The notes below the pieces were generated by a model that was given only the letters and a program-made list of their open reading frames with translations, did no database searches and was not told the origin of the DNA. Below, piece after piece: positions 47,817 to 57,264 of a stretch of DNA of 64,000 nucleotides. Every line of letters begins with the position of its first letter. Position 1 is the stretch's first letter. Position numbers and translations under genes: made by a program. The DNA comes from an uncultured Muribaculaceae bacterium (GTDB lineage Bacteria; Bacillota_I; Bacilli_A; RF39; UBA660): assembly GCA_964408085.1 (NCBI GenBank), contig CAYOYB010000006.1:70444-134443 (forward strand), written 5' to 3'.

Positions 47817-50339
47817 CTATATTTTAAAATCATCTAAAAAATCATCTATTGTCATTATCTTACTATCAATACTATCTAAAGAAGTTTTTTCATTATCTTC
47901 TAATACTTTATCAATAGTAGCATTATCATTTGAAATTGGTTTAAAAACTTTAAATATATCAACTATATCACCCTTACAAACGGTAGCACCTGTTGAATAT
48001 CTATCTAAAATTGGTAATTCTGTTACTTTTATACTAACAATTTCATCTCTTTTCTTTACTCCTAAAGAATCTTTATTATTTGTAATATATGTTTTTAAAA
48101 TATTATAAGGATTTGTCTTAACCTCTCTAATAATTTGTACACCTTTTTTAGCTCTACTAATACATTCAAATTGATCTAAATGAATTCTTTTAGCTGTATT
48201 TTTATTTGTTACTAGTGTTAAATATTCAGAAGTACCTTGATCAAATACTTCACCATTAACAACATAATCATTCTTTAAATTAATAGCTTTTACCCCACTT
48301 GCCTTTAAACCAACAATAGGAACTTCTTCTAATTTATAACGTAAACCATAGCCATTAAATGTTGAAATAAATATATCACTAGCATTACTAATACAAACAG
48401 AAATAACTTTATCCATATCTTTTAATTTCATACAAGCAATTGGCTTAGAATACCTTTGAACTTTAAAATCACTTAATTTAGTTCGTTTTACCATACCATC
48501 ACGTGTAAAAATAGTAATAAAACTATCAGCATTAAAATCATAAACTGGATAAGCACTTATAATGTTTTCTCCTTCGTCTAATTTAATGATATTGCTTATG
48601 TGTTTACCTAATTCTTTCCATTTTAAATCAGGTAGTTCATGAACTGGTACATATAGAAAATTTCCTAAATCTGTAAAAACTAAAATTGTATCCATTGTAT
48701 TTACTTCAAATTGTCCAAGGACATAGTCACCATCTTTTAGAGTTATGTTACTATCATCACTTGAATTATAACTTCTTAAAGATGTTCTTTTTGCATAACC
48801 ATCACGAGTTACAACAACAACACAATCCTCTTTTGGTATAAGATTAGTAGCATCAATCTTAATTTCAGTAATTTCATCTTTAATTTCTGTCTTTCTTGGT
48901 GTACCATACTCTTCTTTAATACGAATTAACTCTGCTCTTATAACATCCATTAACTTTTTATTATCAGCTAAAATACTTTCTAAAGCTTTAATCAATTTTT
49001 TCAAATTTTTTTGTTCTTCAATTAATTCGTTAACATCTGTATTACTTAAACGATATAATTGTAAATCAACAATAGCTGTAGCTTGTTTTTCTGTAAATTC
49101 AAATCTTTCTACTAAATTTTTAATCGAATCACTTTTATTTTTACTAGCTCTAATTAAAGCAATTATTTCATCTAAAATAGATAAAGCTTTTATAAGTCCT
49201 TCAACAATATGCATTCTAGTTCTAGCATGTTCTAAATCAAATTGCGTCCTCTTAGTAACAACATCTTTTTGATGGTTAACATAAGCTTTTAAGATTTCAA
49301 CTATGCCAAGTGTCATAGGACGATTATTTACTATTGAAACCATATTATAACTATACGCTATTTGCATTTCAGTATTTTTTAACAAATAGTTTATAATTAA
49401 ATCACTATTAGCATCCTTTTTTAAATCGATAACAATTGTTTCAGGATTATCCAAATTAGATTCGTCTCTAACCTCAACAATGCCATCTATCTTTTTATCA
49501 ATTCTAATATCATCAATTTTCTTTACTAAATTTGCCTTATTAACATCAAAAGGAATTTCTGTGATAATAATTTGTTTTTTACCTTTATTTTGTTCAATAG
49601 TATATTTAGACTTAACTATAACTTTACCACGTCCTGTTTTGAAAGAATCTGTAATTCCATTTATGCCTTCAACAATTCCTCCTGTTGGAAAATCAGGACC
49701 TTTTACAATCTGCATAACATCTTCTAAGGTGGATTCTGGTTTATCCATTAAAAGAATTGTTGCATCGATAATTTCAATTAAATTGTGAGGTGGTATATTA
49801 GTAGCATATCCTGCACTGATACCAGTCGAACCATTTACTAATAAATTAGGAAACTTAGCTGGTAATACGGTTGGCTCAAGCAAAGTATCATCATAATTCC
49901 AGGTCCATAAAATTGTATCTTTATCAATATCTTTTAATAATTCATTACTAATTTTAGAAAGTCGTGCTTCTGTATAACGCATAGCAGCAGCACTGTCACC
50001 ATCCATTGAACCATTATTTCCATGCATATCAATTGTTATCGCATTTTGTTTCCACCACTGGCTCATTCTAACCATAGCTTCATAAATACTAGAATCTCCA
50101 TGTGGATGATATTGACCCATAACATTTCCAACTGTTTTGGCTGATTTTTTATAAGCCTTATCATAAGTATTCTTATCACGATACATACCATATAAAATTC
50201 GTCTTTGAACAGGTTTTAGTCCATCACGAACATCAGGTAAAGCACGTTCTTGAATAATTGATTTAGCATATTCGCCAAACCTAACTCCCATGATTTCTTC
50301 TAGTGAATAATTGTAAATTCGCTTTAATGCATCTTGCAT
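47817..50339 (-). CDS. parC: DNA topoisomerase IV subunit A
   Basis: LEEIMGVRFGEYAKSIIQERALPDVRDGLKPVQRRILYGM and GQYHPHGDSSIYEAMVRMSQWW follow the Gram-positive ParC pattern, not GyrA. Catalytic AAMRYTEARL. Confidence 0.85.
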   Translation of the reverse strand: MQDALKRIYNYSLEEIMGVRFGEYAKSIIQERALPDVRDGLKPVQRRILYGMYRDKNTYDKAYKKSAKTVGNVMGQYHPHGDSSIYEAMVRMSQWWKQNAITIDMHGNNGSMDGDSAAAMRYTEARLSKISNELLKDIDKDTILWTWNYDDTLLEPTVLPAKFPNLLVNGSTGISAGYATNIPPHNLIEIIDATILLMDKPESTLEDVMQIVKGPDFPTGGIVEGINGITDSFKTGRGKVIVKSKYTIEQNKGKKQIIITEIPFDVNKANLVKKIDDIRIDKKIDGIVEVRDESNLDNPETIVIDLKKDANSDLIINYLLKNTEMQIAYSYNMVSIVNNRPMTLGIVEILKAYVNHQKDVVTKRTQFDLEHARTRMHIVEGLIKALSILDEIIALIRASKNKSDSIKNLVERFEFTEKQATAIVDLQLYRLSNTDVNELIEEQKNLKKLIKALESILADNKKLMDVIRAELIRIKEEYGTPRKTEIKDEITEIKIDATNLIPKEDCVVVVTRDGYAKRTSLRSYNSSDDSNITLKDGDYVLGQFEVNTMDTILVFTDLGNFLYVPVHELPDLKWKELGKHISNIIKLDEGENIISAYPVYDFNADSFITIFTRDGMVKRTKLSDFKVQRYSKPIACMKLKDMDKVISVCISNASDIFISTFNGYGLRYKLEEVPIVGLKASGVKAINLKNDYVVNGEVFDQGTSEYLTLVTNKNTAKRIHLDQFECISRAKKGVQIIREVKTNPYNILKTYITNNKDSLGVKKRDEIVSIKVTELPILDRYSTGATVCKGDIVDIFKVFKPISNDNATIDKVLEDNEKTSLDSIDSKIMTIDDFLDDFKI

Positions 50340-50411
50340 AACATCACCTTACCTAATTATAAACAAAAAAAAAGAAAAAATCAAATTCCTTTTTTTATAA
50401 ACTAAATTTAT

Positions 50412-52193
50412 CTATTCATTATCTTCTTTTTTATCATCAGAATTTTCTAAATCTTTATTTTTATCATCATCAGGTTCAGTTGGATTATTATTTTCCTCAT
50501 TATTTGGTTTATCTTCATTATTATTATCATCTTGATTAGAACCTGTGTTAGAATCTTCTTTTTTATTATCTAAATCTTCATCTTTCTTATCTTCAACTTT
50601 GGTAGTTGTGGTAGTCGTCTTAGTTGTAGTAGATATTTTTGTAGTTGTTGTTGTAGAAGAAGTTGTAGTTGTATTTTTTGTTGTTACCTGATTATTACTA
50701 GATACAGGTGCTGTTGGTATATTAGTAACATCTATTGCTTCACCCTTCATAACTTTGTTAATTGTTTCATGGGCATAATCAATAGTTGAAACATCTGGTT
50801 GCATTACATATAATTTTTGATCACCATAACTATAAGTATAATTCTCTGAGTCACTACCATTTAAACTAATTGAAGCAATATTCCATTTAGGCATTTTATC
50901 TATTTGAAATTTAGCTAATTGTTGAATATCTGACATTCCCATATTAGTTTGGAAAGAATCTTTTAGAGCCTCTAAAATACTTGTATATTTATTTAAAATA
51001 GCTGGACTCATAGCTTTATTAACAATAGCCATAATAACTGCTTGTTGATTTTTAACACGTTGTCTATCACCATCAATAAAATTATATCGAGCACGAGAGA
51101 ATGCTAAAGCATATTCACCATCTACATAATTATAACCTTTATTAAACTGATAACCATAGGTATTAAATGTATAATCCGAATATACATCTACACCACCTAA
51201 AACATCTACAAGATTTATTACTGATGAAAAATTAACACGTACATAATAATTTATTTCTATATCAAGTAAATTTTCAATTGTTCCAATTGAACAATCAATA
51301 CCATACATTCCTGCATGAGTAAGTTTATCTTTTTCATTATAGCAAGAAAGTTCTACATAATAATCTCTTGGTATTGATGTTAATAATACTTGTTTGGTTA
51401 CAGGATTAACTGTTATTATCATATTAACATCACTACGAGCTATTGAATCAATTTCACCATAAGTATCAATACCACTTAAGAATATATTAAATGAATCTTT
51501 TGTTACATTAACCGAATTAGATTCAACTTTAGATTCTTTTTTTATAGAGAATTGATAAATAATTTTTACCTTATCATCAAAATCTTCAATTTGTTCATCT
51601 AAAATTGCTTTATGATAATCAGCTAATAAAATAGCGTCATCTTTCTTTTCCAATAAAGAATTTCCTAAATCAAAAATACTCTTGTTATTAACACTTTCAA
51701 ATACAACTTTAGTTTTTAATTCTTCTAAAGCTTTATCGTTATTACCTAACTTTCCAACATAACCAACTTTTTTATCTAATAAATCCTTTTCATTTGAAAG
51801 TTCGCTTTCTTTTAAAGCTAATACATAATAATTCTCAACTTCATAATTATTATCAGTTATGGATTGAAAGAAAGCTATTGTCCTATCAATATAATGATTA
51901 GCAAAAAATAATACTAATGACAAAATTAAAACCATAACATCGCTGATTATTTTAATTTTCCATTTTATTTTTTTATGAAGACATAACAATCCAAAAACAG
52001 AAATACAAATAATTTCAAATGCAAAAATCAAAAATGTAAACTTAAAAGGAAGCATATTTAATTTGAAAATATTAATTGTAAGTAATAAAGATATAAAACA
52101 AAAGATAGAATATAATACTATACTTGTAATACTAATTATTTTCTTTTTTTTAGGACTAATTTTTGAAACTTTTTTTTCTTTTTTCTTTGCCAT
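50412..52193 (-). CDS. LytR-CpsA-Psr (LCP) family cell-wall glycopolymer ligase with a Thr-rich/acidic C-terminal tail
   Basis: N-terminal TM helices and an LCP core (NIFLSGIDTYGE...RSDVNMIITVNPVTKQVLLTSIPRDYYV...GGVDV). The tail is TTKNTTTTSSTTTTTKISTTTKTTTTTTK followed by a D/E/N/K-rich segment. Confidence 0.85.
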   Translation of the reverse strand: MAKKKEKKVSKISPKKKKIISITSIVLYSIFCFISLLLTINIFKLNMLPFKFTFLIFAFEIICISVFGLLCLHKKIKWKIKIISDVMVLILSLVLFFANHYIDRTIAFFQSITDNNYEVENYYVLALKESELSNEKDLLDKKVGYVGKLGNNDKALEELKTKVVFESVNNKSIFDLGNSLLEKKDDAILLADYHKAILDEQIEDFDDKVKIIYQFSIKKESKVESNSVNVTKDSFNIFLSGIDTYGEIDSIARSDVNMIITVNPVTKQVLLTSIPRDYYVELSCYNEKDKLTHAGMYGIDCSIGTIENLLDIEINYYVRVNFSSVINLVDVLGGVDVYSDYTFNTYGYQFNKGYNYVDGEYALAFSRARYNFIDGDRQRVKNQQAVIMAIVNKAMSPAILNKYTSILEALKDSFQTNMGMSDIQQLAKFQIDKMPKWNIASISLNGSDSENYTYSYGDQKLYVMQPDVSTIDYAHETINKVMKGEAIDVTNIPTAPVSSNNQVTTKNTTTTSSTTTTTKISTTTKTTTTTTKVEDKKDEDLDNKKEDSNTGSNQDDNNNEDKPNNEENNNPTEPDDDKNKDLENSDDKKEDNE

Positions 52194-52355
52194 TTTATTA
52201 CCTCTAATCTATAATTAATTATTATTTAATATACTAAAAAATTATAACACTTTTTTTCAATATTAGCAAATTATAAAAATTTATTATTTTTTCATCATTA
52301 GTATATTTAAATTATTTAATTTTTAAGTATTAAAAAAATATGGCATTTAACCATA

Positions 52356-53108
52356 CTAACTTAATATTTTTGTTTTATTATCCTCAAGCACAATTGGTGT
52401 ACCAAATGATGCATAACAACCCTTTTCACCTTCATAATAAGAAATCTCGCATCTTACTGGTTCAGTATTAACATACAAAATAGCACCACCACCATACCAA
52501 TTAGATAAAACATCAGATTTACCATATGAAGAAATAGCAATACCAACTGCTTCATATCCATCATAGCCAATATGTTGAATAGTGTAATTTCTTGGATCTT
52601 TTATTGGAACTGATATAATATGTTCTCCTATTCCAAAATCCTTAGTACCATCATTATCTACATTATTATCTTTTTTTTCGTATCCTAGTGGTGTTCCAAA
52701 TTCATTATAGATATGCTCAGTCCCTTCGTCAAAGAAAGAATAACATTCTACAGGATATTCATTTGTATATAAAATGCAAGCACCACCAAAGTCTTTAAAA
52801 TGCTCGCCATAAGATGATGTTGCTATACCTACACATTTATATCCATCATAATAATCATATTGTCTATTTCCTATTGTAGGATCCTTAATTGGAACTGATA
52901 TAATATGTTCCCCAACATCAAAAACTTTTTTTATCCCTTCATAATCATTATGCGTTTGTTCAATTTGCGTTTCATCCAAAACATCTATATCTACATCACT
53001 TGAAGAACAACCTGCTAATGATGTAGTCATTGCAATAGCTAAAGATAGAGCCTTCAATCTAGTTTTAACACTAGGAGCACTAACACTTTTGAAATTATTA
53101 ATATTCAT
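52356..53108 (-). CDS. Lipoprotein with an internally duplicated domain
   Basis: Lipobox LSLAIAMTTSLAGCSS. Two ~85-aa repeats each begin F(D/G)(V/I)GEHIISVPIKDP and end FGTP(L/I). Confidence 0.7.
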   Translation of the reverse strand: MNINNFKSVSAPSVKTRLKALSLAIAMTTSLAGCSSSDVDIDVLDETQIEQTHNDYEGIKKVFDVGEHIISVPIKDPTIGNRQYDYYDGYKCVGIATSSYGEHFKDFGGACILYTNEYPVECYSFFDEGTEHIYNEFGTPLGYEKKDNNVDNDGTKDFGIGEHIISVPIKDPRNYTIQHIGYDGYEAVGIAISSYGKSDVLSNWYGGGAILYVNTEPVRCEISYYEGEKGCYASFGTPIVLEDNKTKILS

Positions 53109-53228
53109 AATACCCCCCTTTTCAATGTATATAGGTCGTATTTTAGCATTATTTTAGAAAAAAATCAATATTCTCAATTATAATATTTTAATTAAAAATA
53201 TATAAAGAAAATTTTTTTAACAAATCAT

Positions 53229-53287
53229 AAAAAAAGAATTCATTATAACTTCATTATTAACCTAATGCGACATCTAATACCATCATT
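53229..53287. repeat. Direct repeat DR-A: displaced copy of the ZIP-transporter 3' end plus terminator
   Basis: 57/59 identical (hand alignment) to 56248-56306. The mismatches are at 53239 and 53269. Confidence 0.9.
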
Positions 53288-53353
53288 TTTTAATGTTAAA
53301 TAAGCACAATTATCATCATATACTAAATAATATTTTTTTAACATAATAACAAT

Positions 53354-54349
53354 CTACTTAACAAACATTTTAGCACTGACTGCTTTTTCCAATCCATAAT
53401 TATTTTCGAAATTTTTTAAATATTGTCTTAAAAAATAAATCTTATCCAAATTATTATCAAAAACTAAATCGACAAATTCTAATGCATTTTTTAAATCAAC
53501 ATTATTATATAAATGCTCACGTCCATAATACCCATAGTCTTCTTTTCCTAATTTATAATCTAAAAATTCTTCATTCATTACTTTATCTTTGGAAGCAACA
53601 AGCATCTTAGCAAATGTATTAATATTATTCTGCCATATTACTGCATTAGTTGTAGCATTTGGGCTTCTAAATTCTATAGTATTCATATAATGACATTCAG
53701 TTAAATTATCAAATTCAACATTATCTAAATTTAAGGCATCATATTTATCTGTTATTATTGCAGAACTAATATTACTTATAGTTTTTGCGTTATTAATTTC
53801 ATCCAATATTTTGGATAATTTATATGCTACTGGGTAAGCAAACTTAAGCAGGCTTTCTCTTCCACTTATCTTATCACCATAAGCAAATCTAAATAATACA
53901 TTTTCATAAATGATATATAATTTAAGGAAATGTTTCCATGCTTCAACATCATTACCTAATACGCAAGCACCTATATGTATATGTCCACCTGCTTTATGTA
54001 ATGTATCAGCCTTTTCTTTAGTAAGTTGATTACAAATCATTTGTAATTCTTCCCAGTATTCTTGTTTATCTGTCATTATTGGTGAGCTAATCTCTCCACC
54101 AGAATCTAAAGAAAGATCGACTTTAGATTCCCAACGAGTAAAATTATTTTCAATATATTCATCCATGCATATCGTTTTAATTTCTTCATACTCTATTTCA
54201 ACACCAAATGTAACATTTTCTGGTAGATTTAAATTATCCCTATACTCTAAAAAATAACTTTCAGTTTCAACCAGCAATTCTTGTAAATCTAGCCCTCTTA
54301 AAAAAGCAAAATTGTCATTTTTATTTAAACTTAAAAATTTTTCAGTCAT
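53354..54349 (-). CDS. Amidoligase_2-type (glutamine synthetase/GCS2-like fold) putative ATP-dependent amidoligase
   Basis: 331 aa. FGVEIEYEE, SGGEISSPIM, HKAGGHIHIGA and MNTIEFRSPNATTN follow the order of conserved blocks in the Amidoligase_2 family (GVEiE ... E.vSP ... GlHvHvg ... tiEFR). No TM helix. Confidence 0.6.
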   Translation of the reverse strand: MTEKFLSLNKNDNFAFLRGLDLQELLVETESYFLEYRDNLNLPENVTFGVEIEYEEIKTICMDEYIENNFTRWESKVDLSLDSGGEISSPIMTDKQEYWEELQMICNQLTKEKADTLHKAGGHIHIGACVLGNDVEAWKHFLKLYIIYENVLFRFAYGDKISGRESLLKFAYPVAYKLSKILDEINNAKTISNISSAIITDKYDALNLDNVEFDNLTECHYMNTIEFRSPNATTNAVIWQNNINTFAKMLVASKDKVMNEEFLDYKLGKEDYGYYGREHLYNNVDLKNALEFVDLVFDNNLDKIYFLRQYLKNFENNYGLEKAVSAKMFVK

Positions 54350-54362
54350 TTTTAAATACCTT

Positions 54363-55223
54363 CTATATTTTTCTTAATCTATAAGGATAACCTTTATTTT
54401 CATCAATATTTTCTAATGTTTCATCCAACATTGCCAAATTTTGCTTTTTTAACATAAGAATTTTTTTCATTTTCTCTAAATTTTCTTTATCAATCATTTC
54501 AAGAGAAAATTCATATTTTCTTAGTCGATTTTTAATTCGATTTTTAATCAAAAGTTTTTCTATAACTTTAATACCTAGCCCACAGAGTAAAGATTGGACA
54601 ATATACCACATAGAATGTTTTATATTTTCCCCTGCTGTTTCTGGTCTAACAACAAATTCTTCTTTCGATTCAGTATGATTAATAACAATAAGTGCATCTG
54701 AATCATATATTTTGTCTTCTGGTGTTAGTGAATTTTTGCAAATTGTTTTAATATTAGTAACAACTAATATGTTTTCAATTTCTGCCTTTGACATAGATAA
54801 TATTTTTTGTGTATCAGCAAGATCAATATCATTGCTTATTCTATAAGAGGTAACAGTTCTCTCATATAATCCTAGGTTATTAGTAATCCAACCTGTTGAA
54901 TACTCTATTAACTCAGTATCATAATCTAAATCATAAGATATATTTTCTAAATGAATCCCACTAGAAGTATCAATTGTTTCAATACAAGCTTTATCAATTA
55001 CATTATCAATATTAAATGGTGCATTTCCATTTAAAGATTGTAAATTAGCAATAATAATTGATGAAAATATGAATGGTAATAAATAGTCAATAGCTATACC
55101 ACTTTTAACTAATGATTTCATTATAAAAATACGTGTGCTAGACATGTCTTTTTGTTTTATTTCATTTTCTAATTCTTTCATGTCACTATAAAGATTATTA
55201 ACTAAAGAATTGCGACTATTCAT
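54363..55223 (-). CDS. Bitopic/hairpin membrane protein with N- and C-terminal coiled coils (286 aa)
   Basis: TM1 GIAIDYLLPFIFSSIIIANL, a ~140-aa intervening domain, TM2 MWYIVQSLLCGLGIKVI, then a basic/coiled-coil tail. The start overlaps the upstream stop by 1 nt (TAATG at 55221-55225). Confidence 0.5.
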   Translation of the reverse strand: MNSRNSLVNNLYSDMKELENEIKQKDMSSTRIFIMKSLVKSGIAIDYLLPFIFSSIIIANLQSLNGNAPFNIDNVIDKACIETIDTSSGIHLENISYDLDYDTELIEYSTGWITNNLGLYERTVTSYRISNDIDLADTQKILSMSKAEIENILVVTNIKTICKNSLTPEDKIYDSDALIVINHTESKEEFVVRPETAGENIKHSMWYIVQSLLCGLGIKVIEKLLIKNRIKNRLRKYEFSLEMIDKENLEKMKKILMLKKQNLAMLDETLENIDENKGYPYRLRKI

Positions 55224-56110
55224 TAGATTTTACCTCCATTATTTATTGTTAGAGATAAAATCTTTTCTTTAGTATCCTCTAGTTCTTTTTGAAGAGATTT
55301 TATTAAAGTAATGTTTTCTCTATAATGACAATTTATATTTTCTAATTCCTCTAAAAATTTAGATTTCTTAGCATATGCCACTAAACCACCAATACCTAAC
55401 CCAAGAACTAACTCAATAATAGTAACGACTGTATTTTTTAAATCAGTTTCTTGATACTTTAAAACATCATTTTTATCTAACACATGTAAATTTGCATCAA
55501 AAAAATAGTCGTTTTTTTCTTCTAGGTATATTTCATTTACAACTTGTTTTTCTTCCTTATAAGTATTTAAATTTTCAAAAATATAATTATAGTCTCCATT
55601 CGCAATGGCATTATATAAATCCAATGTTGCTAATTTAGCAATATCATAATTTCTTTTAAATCTGACATACTGTCCATCTTTGAACTCCCATGGTGTATAG
55701 ACAACTAAACTATTTGAAGGTAATGGATCATCAAACCATCTTCGCTGCGTATATTCATTATCCATAGTTACATAACCATTTTTTTGATATTCCATATTAT
55801 ACAATTTATATTTAGTTATTTCATCTAAATGAAATGGTAATCCGCCATAAAAAAGCCAAAAAGTACCTATTGTAATTCCTGTAGAAATTACAAATGGCGT
55901 AAGGAATTTACAAGTATTAGCAAATACTTTTAAGTTTCTTATATTAAACTGTTTAAAATTTTCTTTCTTTTGAAGTTTAATTTTTGATTCGAATTCAAGA
56001 ACTTTTGACTTTAATGCTTCTAATTCTTTAATTTTTGCTTCGCGAATTTCACTTTTTCTCTTTTCAGCAAGAATTTTTTGTTTACGTGTCTTTCTCTTTC
56101 TATTACTCAT
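55223..56110 (-). CDS. Bitopic/hairpin membrane protein with N- and C-terminal coiled coils (295 aa)
   Basis: Very basic N-terminus MSNRKRKTRKQKILAEKRKSEIREAKIKELEALKSK. TM1 FLTPFVISTGITIGTFWLFYGG, a ~135-aa domain, TM2 VVTIIELVLGLGIGGLVAYA, then a coiled-coil tail. The plan matches 54363-55223. Confidence 0.5.
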   Translation of the reverse strand: MSNRKRKTRKQKILAEKRKSEIREAKIKELEALKSKVLEFESKIKLQKKENFKQFNIRNLKVFANTCKFLTPFVISTGITIGTFWLFYGGLPFHLDEITKYKLYNMEYQKNGYVTMDNEYTQRRWFDDPLPSNSLVVYTPWEFKDGQYVRFKRNYDIAKLATLDLYNAIANGDYNYIFENLNTYKEEKQVVNEIYLEEKNDYFFDANLHVLDKNDVLKYQETDLKNTVVTIIELVLGLGIGGLVAYAKKSKFLEELENINCHYRENITLIKSLQKELEDTKEKILSLTINNGGKI

Positions 56111-56177
56111 TTTATAACCCTCGTTATATTTCTAAAGTGATTTACTTTATAATTTTTCCCTTAATTAATTAGAAGAT

Positions 56178-56206
56178 ATATTAACATTAAATCTATACAT
56201 TGTCAA
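56178..56206 (-). promoter_or_regulatory. Predicted sigmaA promoter of the three-gene cassette
   Basis: Minus strand reads TTGACA (56206-56201), a 17-nt spacer, TAATAT (56183-56178). It lies inside the insertion, just after DR-B. Confidence 0.6.
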
Positions 56207-56247
56207 TATACAAAAGATAACGATATTTTGTTTTAGAAAAGAAAAAC

Positions 56248-56306
56248 AAAAAAAGAAGTCATTATAACTTCATTATTAACCTAATGCAACATCTAATACC
56301 ATCATT
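56248..56306. repeat. Direct repeat DR-B: authentic 3' end (last 28 nt of CDS) and terminator of the ZIP transporter gene
   Basis: Pairs with 53229-53287. Contains the TAA stop (56276-56278) and the hairpin GAAGT-TATAATG-ACTTC followed by a T-run on the minus strand. Confidence 0.9.
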
Positions 56307-57073
56307 ATCGTAAAGCCACATATTAATCCTAATGTTGATAAATTTTTATTTTCTTTAACAGATTCTGGTAGTAATTCTCTTGCTGCTACTGTAATCATTG
56401 CACCTGCTGCAAAAGCTAATAAAAATGGAAGAATACCTCTTATAGTTAAAACTAGTACTACACCAATTACTGCTGAGATAGGTTCAACCAAGGCTGATGC
56501 CTGACCAAACATAAAACTTTTAGTTCTAGAAAACCCTTCATTTCTAAGTGGTAAAGAAACAGCAGCACCTTCTGGAAAATTTTGAATACCAATACCAACA
56601 GCAAGCATAATTGCGCCTATTAAAGTCATTCCTGAAACATTACTTGCGATACCACCAAAAGCAACACCTACTGCCATACCTTCTGGTATATTATGAATAG
56701 TAATAGCAGAAATTAAAAGGATACTTCTTTTTAATGAAGCTGAATTTTTTAGATTACTTTTATTTTTTAATACTTTATCTAAAAAGCGATCTGATAATAA
56801 AACAAATAATCCACCAACTATAAAGCCAGTCATTGGTAATAACCATGCAATATAATCTAGTTCTATAGATAAATCAATGGCAGGCGCTAATAAAGACCAA
56901 AAAGAAGCAGCAATCATTATTCCAGCACTAAACCCTAAAATTGTATTTAATATCTTTTTATTAACATTCTTAAAAAAACAGACTACAAGTGCACCTAATG
57001 CTGTAACACCCCAAGTAAATGTAGTAGCTATTAGCGCTTGAATTACTGGATTTAAATTTTCAAACCAATTCAA
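56276..57073 (-). CDS. zupT: ZIP-family divalent metal transporter (ZupT-like)
   Basis: 265 aa. TTG start with a GAGGTG RBS. The HNIPEGMAVGVAF and QNFPEGAAVSLPL motifs are typical of ZIP/ZupT. Confidence 0.85.
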   Translation of the reverse strand: MNWFENLNPVIQALIATTFTWGVTALGALVVCFFKNVNKKILNTILGFSAGIMIAASFWSLLAPAIDLSIELDYIAWLLPMTGFIVGGLFVLLSDRFLDKVLKNKSNLKNSASLKRSILLISAITIHNIPEGMAVGVAFGGIASNVSGMTLIGAIMLAVGIGIQNFPEGAAVSLPLRNEGFSRTKSFMFGQASALVEPISAVIGVVLVLTIRGILPFLLAFAAGAMITVAARELLPESVKENKNLSTLGLICGFTIMMVLDVALG

Positions 57074-57264
57074 TCTTATTCACCTCATACTACATAATAT
57101 GTTTTTTTTTAATAGGTGCTACAAAACAATTTATTTAATCAAATATTTTGAAATACTTAATCTAATTCACAACTTGTAATTATGGTTATGATAACTTAAA
57201 AGACAGATAATTTAAATTACCTGCCCTTTATTTTATCTTTTCAATATTAACTTAAAACTTTTTC

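Noticed and set aside
57100-57200. Possible Zur/metal-regulator operator upstream of the ZIP transporter (imperfect palindrome AATTACAAGTTGTGAATT)
   Set aside because: The dyad symmetry is poor and it does not match the Zur box consensus I know. The nearby hairpin at about 57205-57235 is better explained as the histidine kinase terminator.
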